Origin: Eledone cirrhosa
Lineage: Eukaryota
NCBI GenBank assembly: GCA_964016885.1
Contig: OZ024740.1
Coordinates: 258,788,001-258,852,000 of the forward strand
Length of the DNA stretch: 64,000 nucleotides
Direction: 5' to 3'
Part shown: positions 14,298-27,639 of the stretch, piece by piece
Numbering within the stretch: position 1 is the first letter of the stretch
Layout: every line of letters starts with the position of its first letter
Made by a program: the position numbers and the translations under genes
The notes under the pieces: generated by a model
The model's database searches: none
What the model was told of the DNA's origin: nothing
What the model saw: the letters and a program-made list of their open reading frames with translations, nothing else

Positions 14298-15487
14298 TTA
14301 TTTTAAAAGCAGATTAAAGTTTAAGCAAAGAAGCACTGCTTTCACCCTTAACGGGATCTTCTGAATCTAAAAAAATCGATCTGTGAACGCAGAAGTAAAT
14401 ATTTCGAAAAACGTTGCAACCGAAGAAAAACTTTGGTTCGTGAAGACAATACTTTGGCAATGAACGGAAAAAAGCGAAGATAATACGTCGTTTAGTGGAG
14501 CGTTGAGAACATTTACACGCAAAGACAAAACCACGTTTATGGTATAAATGAAGTCGTAGACTAATATTCGATTTAGGAAACCGAATGATTCTTAGCTTCG
14601 GAGTTAAGAATAATGTAAATAAATTAGTAGAACGAAAATGACAGACGTTATTAAAATCAATAATAATTAAATATATACATATACGCACCGACATACACGT
14701 GCATACGCGAAAATACACGCCATGCATGCGTGTTTGCACGTATGTAAGGTGTGTATATGTGTACAATGTGCTTTGGTTGACGTTCGTTTGGTGAACATAT
14801 GTGTATTTACCTGTAGGTATGTGTGTGCGTGCGTTATATACGTATTTATGTGTATATATATATATATATATATACATTTATATAATTATATGTATATATG
14901 TATATACACACACACACACACACATGTATATTTTTTTAAGTGTATTAGGTGTATACGTTCGTATGTGTGCGGGTACAGGTGTTGCGCGGGTTTATTTATG
15001 TATGTGTGCGCGTGTTTATGTATACGTGCATGTTTATGCATGCATGGCGGGTGTTTTCGCGTATGCACGTGTATGTAGGTATATAGATGCGTGAACGTTT
15101 ATATTTAATTATTATTGATTTTAATAACCTCTGTCATTTTCGTTCTACTAATTTATTTACATTATTCTTAACTCTGAAGCCGAGTATCATTCGGTTTCCT
15201 TAATAGAATATCAGTCTACGACCACATTTATACCATAGACGTGGTTTGACTTTGCGTGTAATTGTTCTCAGCGTTCCACATAACGACGTATTATCTTCGC
15301 TTTTTTCCGTTCATTGCCAGGGAACGTCTTTACGAACCAAAGTATCGTCTTCCTGTTTTGCTTCGGTTGCAACGTTTTTCGAAATATTTACTTCTGCGTT
15401 CACAGATTGATGTTTTCAGTTTTAGAAGATCCCGTTAAGGGTGAAAGGAGTGATTCTTTGCTTAAACTTTAATCTGTTATTTTAATA
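14298..15487. repeat. Fold-back of a PLE 3' tail (same family as 50500-50797), with an HHR-like motif in each arm
   Basis: 14298-14725 is a near reverse complement of 15043-15487; HHR-like motifs at 14318-14368(-) and 15418-15468(+). Confidence 0.88.
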
Positions 15488-15491
15488 AATA

Positions 15492-16328
15492 CTAGCAGAA
15501 TGGCCCGGCGGCGCTGCTCGGGATTCTAAACATAGATTGGCATGTTTATCCCTCCTTTCTGAAACAGTACAGAGAAGTACGGAATACCTCGGCCTGGGGA
15601 TGGTGTCTACATTTTGTGCTTATAAAAGAAAATTGTTGTAGATTACCAGGGGTTTAACTAAATTGGGTGCCTGAGAGTAAAATGTACAACCCACGAAAGC
15701 CAAGACGATAGGGTTAAGTAAAAAGGCCTTCCACAAACCGAACATGTATTTGTGGTGCTATGGTACAATGAAAGCAATAGTTACAGAGCAGTAAGCAGTG
15801 GTGGAGAGCATGAAGGAATTTAGTTGGATAATGTTAAGGTTACAGGCCCTAACGCAACCAAAATGCTAAACAATGCGGTCCCCGGTAAAAAGTTTGAATT
15901 ATTTTTCAGTCAAGAAAATTTGTGAAACATATGTAATGCATATGCTAAGTTTTTAAAAAGTCGGTTGGGTACTTCTCGAGTTACAGGCTCTAACGCAACC
16001 AAAATGCTTTTAAAAATCTGGGGGAAAAAATAAGATAATCTTTTTTGCTCAAAACACTTTAAACTACATAAGCAATGCAAATTTTGAAGAAATCGCCTGG
16101 ATTATTGTTACGTTATGCCTCAAAAAAGCCTTTAAAGCCTAAAATATGCAGTTTTTGACATAATGTGGTCCATAGAGTATTGAAAATTTGAAATATCTTT
16201 TGCTTAAAACACTCACACGACCATAAGTATTACATGTGTAAAGTTTGAAAAGCCCGGTTGGGTGATTCTTGAGTTTTAGGGAGAGAGACAGACAGACATT
16301 CTCTGTTTTATATATATATATATATATA
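15492..16328 (-). mobile_element. Non-autonomous Helitron
   Basis: On the minus strand it ends in a cccgag...ccggg hairpin then CTAG|T. Its 5' end (tatataaaacagagaatgtctgtctgtc) is shared with 25336-26252. Confidence 0.75.
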
Positions 16329-16466
16329 ATACTTAGGTTAATAGGAGTTAGGTATTGTATACCCGTGTCCCATTAAGGTATTGGCAGCATAATAATTAGC
16401 TCTATGCTTTGGAGCAGAGCCGTATATATGAAAAAGAACACAAGAGCGTCTACAACATCAAAAGAT

Positions 16467-16526
16467 TTTTATTGGCTTACAATGTTTCTTCCTTACGTAA
16501 CCGTAGGATTCGTCAGAGCTATAAAA
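16467..16526 (-). ncRNA. Type I hammerhead ribozyme
   Basis: Reverse complement reads tagct-CTGACGA-atcctacg gtta cgtaaggaa-GAAA-cattg-TA-agcc, followed by aataaa. Confidence 0.75.
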
Positions 16527-17366
16527 GGGGTTTGATTGGTGTTATGGACTCTACCAACCAAACATTCAAGAACAAAGAGTAAAGAGAGTAAAGAGCAAAA
16601 GTAGGGGACGATAAGTCTAATTTTGGTGCGGGAGGGTGGGGTGTGGGTCCTTGTTTACTAGCTGCGGTCATATTCATTCCCGGGAGTCGGGTGGTTAGCT
16701 GAACCATAGATAGGGTGGCGTCGATAGTATGGTGCAGAGGGTGCGCAGAGGCTACACAAACACAAAAGGCATACAATATATATATATATATATAGCGGGG
16801 GAGAAAGTACATGAGGTAATTAGAAATGGAAAAAGAGTAATAATAATAATTTATAATTAATAGTGTATAATAAGGCATGGGGAAGATTACACTATAATAA
16901 GGCATAAAAGTAAGAATAAGGTAAAATATAAAGGAGGATAAAAGTGGAAATAATAAAAATAAAAAAATATATAGAGAATATATAAAGAAATATAAGCGAA
17001 TATTTGGAGGGGAAAACACAATGTAAAAAAACCGATGTTTTCAAATAATAATAAAAATATAATAATTATGGGGGGAGAAAACGAGATAGAGAAATATATA
17101 TAAACAGAAAAAATTAAACGAAATTTCATTTCCCACTCTTAGTACGGCTGTTACTTAAATATATGTATGTATACGTACATACATATATGTATACAGACGT
17201 ACAGTAGTATGTATATATATATACATACATGCACACATATATATATGTACGTATGGTTTCACCGAACATTTATTATAATGCTCGGTGTGTTTGTAAACAA
17301 ACATCCCGTATTAAGCCGTAGTGTCCAGCAACCATCGTTGCTCGTTTGTCAATACTGACAAAGGAA

Positions 17367-17407
17367 CGCTGTACTAGTTTCAAGCTTATTAGCTATCGTC
17401 AGCAACG
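17367..17407 (-). ncRNA. Minimal type I hammerhead ribozyme with palindromic stem III (dimer-type)
   Basis: Reverse complement reads cgttg-CTGACGA-t agct aata agct t-GAAA-ctag-TA-cagcg. Confidence 0.85.
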
Positions 17408-17456
17408 AAAACGATAAACGGCAGGAAGGTATACGTTAGGTCCTTAGAGTAATAAC

Positions 17457-18209
17457 ATACGTTTAAATAGCTTGACAAATCGAACATTGTGGTAGGCAAA
17501 ATCTAACACACAATAACGATAGAACTAACAGGTTGAGAAAAATACACCTGGACAAATCAAACGATTATACGTTTAAAGTGTTTCTTTGAATCCGAAATCA
17601 AATATCAGACATACGTGACTGGCAGTCTCGTGGTATTCATGATCAAACAGAGGATTCAGTTTTTCAACAGGTTTTCTTTCTACCCAGAACAGGGCTGATA
17701 GGCTAAATGTTGCTGCTAGATGCAGCATATCGTATCTATAACTGTCACGTGTTAATTCCAGCAAGGGAAATAACCCCCGGTTTTTGGCGGGTCATTCAAA
17801 ATGTCAGACAAAGGAAATATTTTAATTTCCGCTAATCATCATGATAAGCTCTCGACTAGATGTTATAAAACAAACACAAATAATTAACAAATCGAACAGA
17901 ATTGTCTAATTAAATTAATTAGTTAATTACTAAATCTAGGAGAATAATATAATTGGAAATTTAGTAAAAGCAGCAACATTTAGCCTATCACCCCTGTTCT
18001 AGGTAGAACGAAAACCTGTTGAAAAACTGAATCCTCTGTCCGATCATGCGAGTCACGTAAGTCTGATATTTGATTTCGGATTCAAAGAAACACTTTAAAC
18101 GTATAATCGTTTGATTTGTCCAGGTGTATTTTTCTCAACCTGTTAGTTCTATCGTTATTGTGTGTTAGATTTTCCTACCACAATGTTCGATTTGTCAAGC
18201 TATTTAAAC

Positions 18210-18212
<3 letters not shown>
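17457..18212. repeat. Fold-back element, ~250 bp arms, ending at (TA)n
   Basis: 17457-17718 is a near reverse complement of 17968-18212; degenerate HHR-like ctgata-tttga...tcaaa-gaaa. Confidence 0.9.
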
Positions 18213-18244
<32 letters not shown>

Positions 18245-18284
18245 AAGTGTTAAGACGATCAAATTTTAGTTTAGAACATTTATT

Positions 18285-18331
18285 TGCTGACAATTGTTTC
18301 TTCCAGAGGGAAGTCTAGAATCATCGGAGCA
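18285..18331 (-). ncRNA. Hammerhead motif with CCGATGA core (U4C)
   Basis: Reverse complement reads tgct-CCGATGA-ttctaga cttccc tctggaa-GAAA-caattg-TC-agca. Confidence 0.7.
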
Positions 18332-19460
18332 TAGGGAATGTCGAAACATGTAAATAAATCCTAGTCATTTAGAACATTTATGGTACATAATTGTTTTTAG
18401 TGTCAAAGGCATCACATGGAGAGTCAGGAGTTAAAAAGATGTTCTGTTTGAAAGAACACAATTATAGGCAGCACTGGTTGAAAGTGTAAGCTCTATACGC
18501 GAAAAGCACAAGAAAAAAATACAGGCAAAAAAGTTACAAGCAAGGAAAATTGGTGTACAATGCAGGAGTCAATACAGTCAATAAGGCATTATGAGGAAAG
18601 AGTTATAATGCAGTTGAAATATATGTATTTTGTGTGGGTGTTAAAGCATGTTATTATTGTTATAAATGTTTAAGATAGTGTGCAATTTGTTAGAGAGGCA
18701 TGTGGTGATAATGCAGGTATTTGTTATGTAAGGTATAATGCAAAGCACGTGCTAGAGTTGGATATGTGATTTTCATACAAGTGTGTTTGTGTTGTAGTTC
18801 GTATGTATGTGTATATGTTGTTTGTAACTCACAGCCATTAACCATGGGATTATTTTGAGTCGTTTATAGTCAATAGGTGTTTGTTTTTTAAATGTAAATC
18901 CCACCGAATTACTGGCCATGTTGTTATTGTAGATATATTATCTGATGCATTTTTTATCTACAAATTATCTTTTCTAGGGTTTGTATTAACTGTTATTAAG
19001 CTGTTGGTAAACCGTTAGGTTTACCAACAACTTAATAACGGTTAATACAGTTAATAACCTAACGGTGTATGTACTGTTTATTTATTTCGAATTTTGTTAT
19101 TATTTTTCTTTATATAGGTGGAATAAAATTTGTTAATTAAGTTATAGGAAAAGTTCGTAAAAAGCAGTGGCAGGCAATATAATTAGTTAGCGTAATATGT
19201 AAAGAAAATGATATATAAAAATATATATTCAGAAAATATATGTAGCACATACGGAGATTACCGGATTAACTAGTCAGGTTCAAATAATAAAAGAAAATAT
19301 TTCCTTCAAGTAGGGATAACATTCTCCATAGCAAGCTATTTAATAGTCTTCCCTCATTTTAAGCAGGTTAAAAGAATTTGTCTATATGATATGTATTGTG
19401 GCGGTGTATTTTTCAGTATATGCCCCTTGTTAAAAGATTGTCATCATTTACTATGTATAG

Positions 19461-19672
19461 GGATTGGCGCAATCGGTAGAGTGTCGGACAACATGCTTAG
19501 TGGCATAGGGTTTTTGCCCTTTACATTCTGAGTTCAAATCCGACCGAAGTTAGCTTCGTCTTACGAAGTCGATAAAATAAAGTACCTGTCACGCACTGGG
19601 GTCGTTTTAATCGACTTCTCGGCCCCACCCTCTTCAAATTGCTGTTCTTGTGCCTAAAATAGAAACAGTTAT
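19461..19672 (+). mobile_element. tRNA-derived SINE, diverged copy
   Basis: A box, gagttcaaatcc B box, gtcgataaaataaagtacc core, ttgtgcctaaaatagaaac tail. Confidence 0.8.
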
Positions 19673-20088
19673 TTAATTTTATTTCTGTTTCTATCAAGAA
19701 ATATTGTGAGTGTTATTCAATGTTTAAATTGAATCAATGTATATTTGTGCCCATAGATCTATATCTATGCGTGTGCAAATAAAACTCTCTATGCCTGTAT
19801 TTATATATACCTTTAGGTATACATATTTTAAAAATATATATAGATAAATTCTTTCCCATATTATCAAAATATTATAGATGTAACGTTATTATATTCAGAG
19901 CTAATCTAACGTTTAGTAAAAAGAAATGTTTTAAACTTATAATAATAGTTTTTATTGGAGTTTATTAACGGTTCATTCAAAGCTCTTGTCGAGCTATATG
20001 ATATACCAGTATATATATTATTAAATACCTATACATATATAAAAAGTAAAAGAAATGAGAAGGAAAGAAAACGGGAATGCATCTAATC

Positions 20089-20134
<46 letters not shown>

Positions 20135-20619
20135 TCAAGAATTTATATTCATTTTCTTATATAAACCTACGTATACACATACATGCAATCACGTATACAT
20201 ATACACCCATACATAAAAACAGACCTGCATATACTCATATATATACACACATATGTATATATTTTTTCTATGGGTTCATATGCGTGCATGTGCAAGTATC
20301 TATGCAACACAATATTTTTACAATGATTATTCTTAGTTTGCCTGTATATTATTTACAATGAAAAATGTATATCTAAATATTGTATTATTATAACATTATA
20401 CTACACATGTCGTTTTAGACTTTGTTTTTATATAACATAATATTCTTCATCTTTCTAATCTTGAATTTCATATTTAGTATTTGGCCGCAGTCTCAATATG
20501 TAATTTTAATATTAAATACTACTGTTTAAAATTAGACTCAAATATTTGTTAGAGTGTAGGTATATTACGTTTACACTCAGAGTGTATAGGGACCAGGTAT
20601 ATTTACAAGATAGTTAGAA

Positions 20620-21195
20620 GTGATGTTAATCATACTTATGGGTTTACAATCAAGATAGCAGACGTTATTTGGATGAAAACAAGTTAGTAAATGTTAGGAG
20701 GGATATCTTCAGAAATAGACTCACAGATACTGGAATAACTTCTATCAAGCATGCTGTGGAGAATGACATAAATATAAGTCATGAAAGAACTGAAGAATCT
20801 CCTGGAGATAGTAACTAGTCACAAGTCTTTACCGAAAGACCACCATCTGACCAAATCTCAAATAGGTTTGTAGAAATGATAAGTCCTTATGAACCTGCTG
20901 AAAATAGCCAGAAAAAGGCATAGAAACAGAACTTGAAAACCAAACTTTTGCTGAAGAACACAGAGAGTCTATGAAGGAATTGAAACAGAAAATACTGAAT
21001 GAGCTTGCAGTTGTAAGACTAACTAATATAAGTGGTAGAGACCAATTTCAAATACTACCAAATACAAACCAAAATAAAAAAAACAACAAATAATGATTGG
21101 TAACTTTGTAATAAAAGAAATCATAGAAGAATTAGAACCTGATCTTACTGAGTTAAATGAAATCATTTACGCAGCTGCTAGAGTAATTGAAAGAT
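20620..21195 (+). mobile_element. R4/Dong-like non-LTR retrotransposon, N-terminal fragment (degenerate)
   Basis: Translation includes KILNELAVVR and EPDLTELNEIIYAAARVI, resembling the pre-RT region of RLE-type LINEs; colinear with the C-terminal fragment at 27640-28150. Confidence 0.5.
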
Positions 21196-21224
21196 ATTCT
21201 TGGAGAGATATTCTTGGAAAGATA

Positions 21225-24200
21225 TACGTACAAGAGGGACGAGAGGGGGAAACCATGGCGGACCGAGCGCATGATGCTGAAAGGCTGCGGCAGGTAACGA
21301 TTCACCCTCACAATCGATCAGATGTCGCTGTGCATCACAACGATCCAGCCCCTAAAAACGGGCCCGAAGCCGGCCGCCTCGAGGATCGCAGCAAGGTACC
21401 GATGGTCGACCCTATCAATTGCTTTAGATTGATCCAACTTGATCAGGGCCCCATCCGTGCCAGGTTCCTTAACCACCCTCTCTATGATGTATCGCATGAG
21501 ATGGAGGTTGTCGTGGATGGATCTGTCCGGAATGGCGCATATATGCGCCTCTCCCACCAGATCACCAACGACAAGCGCCAATATCTTTGCTAACACCTTG
21601 GCCAAAATCTTGAACTCTGCGTTTAGCAGAGTTATGGGGCTGAAGTTGTCTATAAAGTCCCCCTTGTACGGGTCTTTTCCCAGCAGCGCCACTGCTCCCC
21701 GGCTCACAAAACTGGGAATGCTCCCGTTCTGCTGCCAGTTGCAGTAGACGGCTGCCAAGAGGTCACCGAACAAGTCTGCCATGTACGCATACAGCTAGTA
21801 GGGCAGACCATCCAAACCTGGCAATTTGCCCCTCGTGCAGTCAGACATCGCTTCACATATTTCACCTGCTGTTATCGGCTTTTCGCAGGCAGCACGGTGC
21901 TGCGGTCGTCGAGAGCCGCGGTAGTCCGTTGAGGTATGCACCGAAGTCCATACTCCGATCCGGCCCGCCGCAGCTCCCGAACAATTCAGCAAAGTGCTGT
22001 TTAAAAGCCGCACACATCTGCTTGGCTTCAAGCAACATGCGCCCGTTTTGATCAGGCAAAGACCGAAATGTGGACTTGTTGCCACATCGCGCTTCCACCA
22101 CCCGGGCCCATTGAACGGATTTATTCCCCTCGTGTGTTAGAGCACGCGCTCTAGCTCTGACAACGCAGTCTTCGTGCTTTGCGTTGAAGAATTGGTCGAG
22201 TGCCAATCTCGCCGCAAGCACGTCGGTTGCGATGCCTGTCCTAAACGCCTCTTCTAGCTTTCTAACTAGCTCTCCCTCTACTCTATTTTCCTCTATCACT
22301 ACTCCTTTGCTAAACCATATCGAATCTCCTCTAATAGCCCCTTTCAGGGTAAACTACCACCTGTTGTAGACGATCGCACCCGTCAACGCACGCTTAACTG
22401 ATTCGCTTATCCGGTCTCTAAGCTTTGCTCGCCGGGAACGACGCGTTCAACTTCCAGTAACCGGGCCCTTGCCTATGGAGTCTATCTAAGTCAACTTCAC
22501 AGATCACAAATTTGTAGTCCGTGTAGTCGACTACTTTAAATTGTGGACAAGCTACACAAGCCTTATCTGTTTCCCTACAGAATACCCAATCTAAATATGA
22601 TCTGAATGACTCGATGCGGTTTGCCCATGTCCACATTGGCACATTCGGATAATGCAGTCTATACCTGTCAGACAGCTCAAACCGTCTAAGCAGGTTGTTG
22701 AGGTTTTAACATTTACACCCTCCTCCCCTGTCTACTAGCTCCACATAATCTCAGCGTGCATCTAAGATACCGTTCCAGTCACCCACTAACACTAAAGAGC
22801 GGGACGTTCCAAGAAAGGTCTCTACACGTCTGAAGAAATCTGGCCGTCCTGCCCCTGCTGTGGCCTAGACGGCTACTGGCCTGAAAGCATTGCCTTCGCT
22901 GCCAGTTACGTCCAGCACCACCGCCTTACCTTCTGGGTCCAGGAAGATGGCCCGTATGGCGAGATCCAAGCCTCTGCGAAAAAGCACAGCAACTCCACTC
23001 CCCGATCCAGGGCTGCTGGGAGATGCGTATACAACGTAGCAGCCGAAGATCGGTGCGAAGGCTCGTGCTTCGGAGATTCTGTTCTCGCTGATGGCCACCA
23101 CAACTATGTTTAGTGTCCTGAGGTCGTTGAGCATATGACCCTGCTTCCAAGATGATCCCAGGCCACGTACATTTACACTGCCTATTCTGAGTACGGCCAT
23201 GCTGGGTGAGGAACGGAGTAAATGAGAAAGGATCACTCACCTTGATCCTGTGGGGAAGGAACAGTAGAACCGTCTCTTCGGCTGGTCATGGTTGTCTCCA
23301 AGATGATATCTATGTATATTCTTTTGGAGAGTGACCCTCTGAAATCACCAACTACGTTGGGGAATATTTGTTTTAAGTGCTTATACTCTTCCAGTTTAAT
23401 TTAGACAATGTTTATATTTTTTGGTAATGTTCTCGGTGTTGGTGGGGTGTGGTAATTTATGTCTTTAATGTATGTGTGATGCTTTATATGTTCCTTTAAT
23501 CCTTTGTGTGTGATGTTTATGGCTGTGTAATTCGTTTAGGGGGAGGGGGGTACTGTTTTCTTGTTGTTCCTGTTGGGTGTGTGTGCTTTGTTGTGTTTGC
23601 GATGTTGGTGTTTGTGGTGATGCTGGTGGTGGTGTGGTTGTTGTTGGTGGTGATGATTGTGGTGGTGATGGTGATGGTGGTGGTGGTGTTGCTGCAACTA
23701 TCCTTGCGGCCTTTACCCGTCTTTCTTTGCCCTTGCTTTTTGACGGCGAGGCTGTACGATTTTTGCGTTTGTTTTTTGTTTTTCTCTTGTCAACCGTTTT
23801 CCACTCCTCTGTGGCCTCATACTCCATGTCCGGCTGTGAGAGGTCGGGGAGGGGTATAAGTTCTACCCTCTCATTTGTCTGTGTTATTGTTGTTGTTGGA
23901 GCCTGGTCTGCCGTTCTTGGCACAGGTGCAGCTAGTGCAACTGTTTCTGTTGCTGCAGTTGCCGCCGCTATTTTTGTTGTCCGTGGCTTTGGTGTGGGTG
24001 CCATGGACGTTGTCCTCCAACTCTCTGTAGAAGCTCTCGACTTTTTCGCTGACTGCTCTGTTTCTGATGGCAGCGGTTCCGGCGTTGGAATGAGGGGACC
24101 TTCACCTTTGTTATCTTTTGTGGGCAGAAGGCCCTGAGGTGAGACTTCGATCCACATTTGAAGCACTTGGGTGCCTTCCTTCCACACATATGGGAAGTTG

Positions 24201-25320
24201 GGATCCATTCCCGAGGTCTATTACGTCGGGAAGTGTTGATGCAGTTCTGGTCGGTTTGGATGAACATCTCCATTCCAATACCGGACCAGTCCTCTCTCCC
24301 CAACTTCTGTACCTGCAGAATGGTTGTTCTATCCTCGATGCCCGCTAGAACAGACACAACGAGCCAAGGCACGGGTATGTAGGGAGGAACCTGGGTTACC
24401 CTGACATTTGCAATTTTTTCCCGCAGTAAAACGGGACTAATATTATGTCATCACTGTCTTCAGTGAGGGCGATTTTGCTTCCCGGGTGGGAGCAAAAGAA
24501 CATCCACGGTAGCATACTTCTTGCCTTGGGGGATGTGGGTTTTCCGTTCCCAAGGCCTCTGTGGCTCTCTCCACACGACGCGTTTTCGTAGCAGTTGTGT
24601 TGTATGAAACTATGCATCGCTCTTGTTCCTCCAAGAAGTCGGTTGGTTGTTTTAAGGACACTGAAAATTCAGTTCTGGTTACCATGTGTCTTGTGATTGC
24701 CATCTCCTCCTCTGTGACCAGGACTGTTTCTACGTTGCGAGCCACCTTAGCAAAAGAGTTGGTCCCTTTTTCAATGGCATCATTGTTGCCGCCGCTACTG
24801 CTGCTACTGGTTATGTTGTTATTGCCGTTGCTGTTGCTACTGCCACAAATGGTGTTGTTGGGGTTGTTGCTGTTATCACTGTTGCAGTTGGTTCTTTGTT
24901 GTCATTTTTTTCTGTTGTCTGTATTTTGGTTGTCGCTGTTACTGTTGTGGTTGGTGTGGTTATTTTTTTTTTGAAAGTCAGTGTTCTCAGTGTTGTTGTC
25001 ATTGCTGTCTTTGTTCACGTTGGTTGTGGTGGTGTTTCTTGTATCAATTTCTGTGTTCACCCTAACACCCTCCTCTCAACGTTTACGCCGTTGTCACACG
25101 GCAGCAGACATATCGCAGTTGGCGTATCTCAGCCATGTTTTATTTTATAATTTTTAATGTAAAAGTTCAAATATTTGGGCCAAAAGGCCCAAATATAATA
25201 CTTTCCCCTTCAAAGGGCAAAGTCCAAGAGCTCCCTTACACGACAACAAAAATTTGTAATAAATGATTTATGACAGGTAAATAAAACTTACTGGAGCGAG
25301 CAAAAGACGTCCGATCACAC
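21225..25320 (-). mobile_element. L1-Tx1-like LINE (5' UTR, ORF1, ORF2 APE and partial RT), pseudogenised
   Basis: ORF1 (~25136-23220) has the knuckle CFKCGSKSHLRAFC. ORF2 starts at 23200: SVNVRGL, SYLDWVF, GPGYWKLN, GKLPGLDGLP, PITLLNAEFKILAKVL, LDQSKAIDRVDH. Stops and frameshifts present. Confidence 0.9.
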
Positions 25321-25335
25321 CAATAATAATAATAA

Positions 25336-26251
25336 CTAGCAGAATGGCCCGACGTTGCTCGGGATTCTAAACATAGAGTGGCTTGTTTATCCCTCTTTTC
25401 TGAAACAGTTTCGTCGTATGTTCACCAATTGATGCAGAAGTCCTAATAAAAAGTGAAGTCGCCTTGGGTGAATAGGCAAATAATTTTCCATTGAGATTTT
25501 TCAAAAGCATGTAATTGCGTTCCCTCTCTTTTTGTTGTTGTTGTTTTTGCTGCTGTTGGTGTGATATCAGCCGTTGGTCGTACGACTAACACAGTCCCGC
25601 CTTCTTCAGCCAATCGTGTATATCCCCTTCTGCCTCATCAACAATGAGAACATTATTTCCTCTAGGGTTCTTATATATTTGATATATATTTATCCTTATC
25701 GAGCCTCGTGAAATAAATACGTTTGTTTATATTTTGTTATTGTGTATGCAAAAATATCTGTACACGAATATATAATTATATATATATATATCAAAATAAC
25801 AGATTAAAGTTTAAGCGAAGAATCACTGCTTTCACCCTTAACGGGATCTTCTTAAACTAAAAAAAATCAATCTGTAAACGCAGAAGTAAATATTTCGAAA
25901 AACGTTACACACTGTATATATATATACACGCAATATATATACATATATACACACACACACAGATAGTGTCATAATGTCGTAATGCAAACTGCCAGACATA
26001 CAGACAGATATTATAAGGACGCGACGTTGTAGCTATGTATCTATCTAAAAAGACAGACTAAGAAAGATAGAGAGATCGCTAACCGGCGCCTAATGCAGTC
26101 CCTAGGGCATTGAAAATTCGAAATATTTTTTGCTCAAAACACTCAAATGACCATAAGTATTACAGGTGTAAAGTTTGAAAAAACACCGGTTGGGTGGTTC
26201 TCGAGTTTTAGGGAGACAGACAGACTGACATTCTCTGTTTTAGATATATCG

Positions 26252-26252
<1 letters not shown>
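25336..26252 (-). mobile_element. Non-autonomous Helitron inserted in (AAT)n, carrying PLE tail pieces
   Basis: Minus-strand 5' A|TC at 26252; 3' hairpin cccgagcaacgtcggg then CTAG|T at 25336; no TSD. Confidence 0.8.
25808..25858 (-). ncRNA. HHR-like motif, A4 family (AAGAAGA)
   Basis: Reverse complement reads agttt-AAGAAGA-tcccgttaagggt-GAAA-gcagtgattcttcgc-TT-aaact. Confidence 0.5.
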
Positions 26253-26287
<35 letters not shown>

Positions 26288-26615
26288 GTTTCATTTATTG
26301 GCCACAAGGGCCGACATATAGGGGACGATACACTAGATAGGGAGAGTGGGGGTTACATATAAAACGTGTAAAAATATAAATAACAAAAACCAAATAACAA
26401 GAAAAATACAACAATGAAAAATTCCCCAATAGGGACGATTACCACCCAGAGTTGACTCAGGTACCGCACCAATCTTGAACCACCCGACGCTTCGAGAGCA
26501 CCCGGGAAGGGCACCCCGCTCCTCCTCAAATTCACCAACCTACAGGCGCATGATCAGAGTAGGCCCACTCACACGGGCCATTCTCGCCACATTCACCCAG
26601 CTTTCAGCAAATTTA
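26253..26615 (-). mobile_element. L1-Tx1-like 3' end with (ATT)n tail
   Basis: Encodes KFAESWVNVARMARVSGPTLIMRL*; 3' UTR ends with aataaa then (att)n. Confidence 0.7.
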
Positions 26616-26699
26616 CTGGGGGGGGGGGGCAGCGCTTCTCTCTCCAGCCTCACCTTCCTTTCCAAGTGAAATTTGAAAAAGTTGATGAGGGTTTGGCCG

Positions 26700-27584
26700 A
26701 AAAGAAAAGTGTCTCAGATTTATAATTCTCTGACATTCCTCGGATATTTTCTGTAATGTTAAGTTCTGATTCTGTTCTAATTTTGTCAGAATTCTGGTAC
26801 GAATTTCTGCATCTTTCTTTGCAGTAAACCATTGCACGAAAATTAAGCATTTAAAAATGCCTGAAGTTAGTTCTTTAAGTTTAAATCGTTCGCATTCCTT
26901 GTTAACGATACTAGCATACGTGACAAAATCTTTGTCCACTTTTTTTGCCAGATTGTGTTAAATAAAGAACTTTACTCACTAAAAATTTTTGACAGGATAT
27001 TTACTGTTTCCTCAAAACAGATCCCACCTGGCTTCTTTAGTAGTATGTAGTTGCATTATTTTTCATGTTCGACTGGTGCCAACTTTCTCAACAAAAGTCG
27101 TGTTTTTTTTTTTTTCGTCTTCCCAGCTGCTGCATTCTTATCAGAAAATGACTTCGTGTCTTCTAAAGTAAGCGGAGAAGGCAATGCCCTCATCTGGATT
27201 ATATGCGAATTCTCCTATGGAGTTCGCCACAGTGTCCGGGGTGAACAAACTTGACGTATTTTTCGTTTTCTTCAGTATTAATTCTATTAACTGTTGTTGT
27301 TGTTGTTGTTGTAACTGTACCACTTGGGCTAGTAAATCGTCAATATTAAGAAGGTTTTTGTTTTCTTTTTGTTTTTACAAAAAAAAAAAATCAGTCCAAC
27401 GTAATAATCGAATAATTCATCGCCACTGTTATAATGGGGTGTTACACCTGTTAGTATATTTGTATGAACAAAGGTAAAACCCGCTCATACCCAGACGTAA
27501 TTTCGAACTACCAACGAGACCACTACAATGAGACTCTGCATACACAATCTACTGACAGTTCACTTCAGTTATTATTTATAGACA
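26700..27584 (-). mobile_element. Gypsy-type LTR retrotransposon 5' fragment: LTR (27427-27584), PBS and degenerate gag
   Basis: TGT...ACA LTR termini; gtggcgatg PBS-like sequence right after; gag-like F.YNPDEGIAFSAYFRR.E and FKCLIFVQ...DAEIRTRIL.KLE. Confidence 0.75.
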
Positions 27585-27639
27585 TTTCGCCTAGTCCACT
27601 TTTAGCTAGGCGAGGGTGTTCAGGGTTTTTCCCTGCAAT

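Noticed and set aside
18988-19044. Small hairpins (also 8292-8306, 28171-28324, 31514-31558) as terminators or miRNAs
   Set aside because: No supporting context; more simply small fold-backs of unassigned family.
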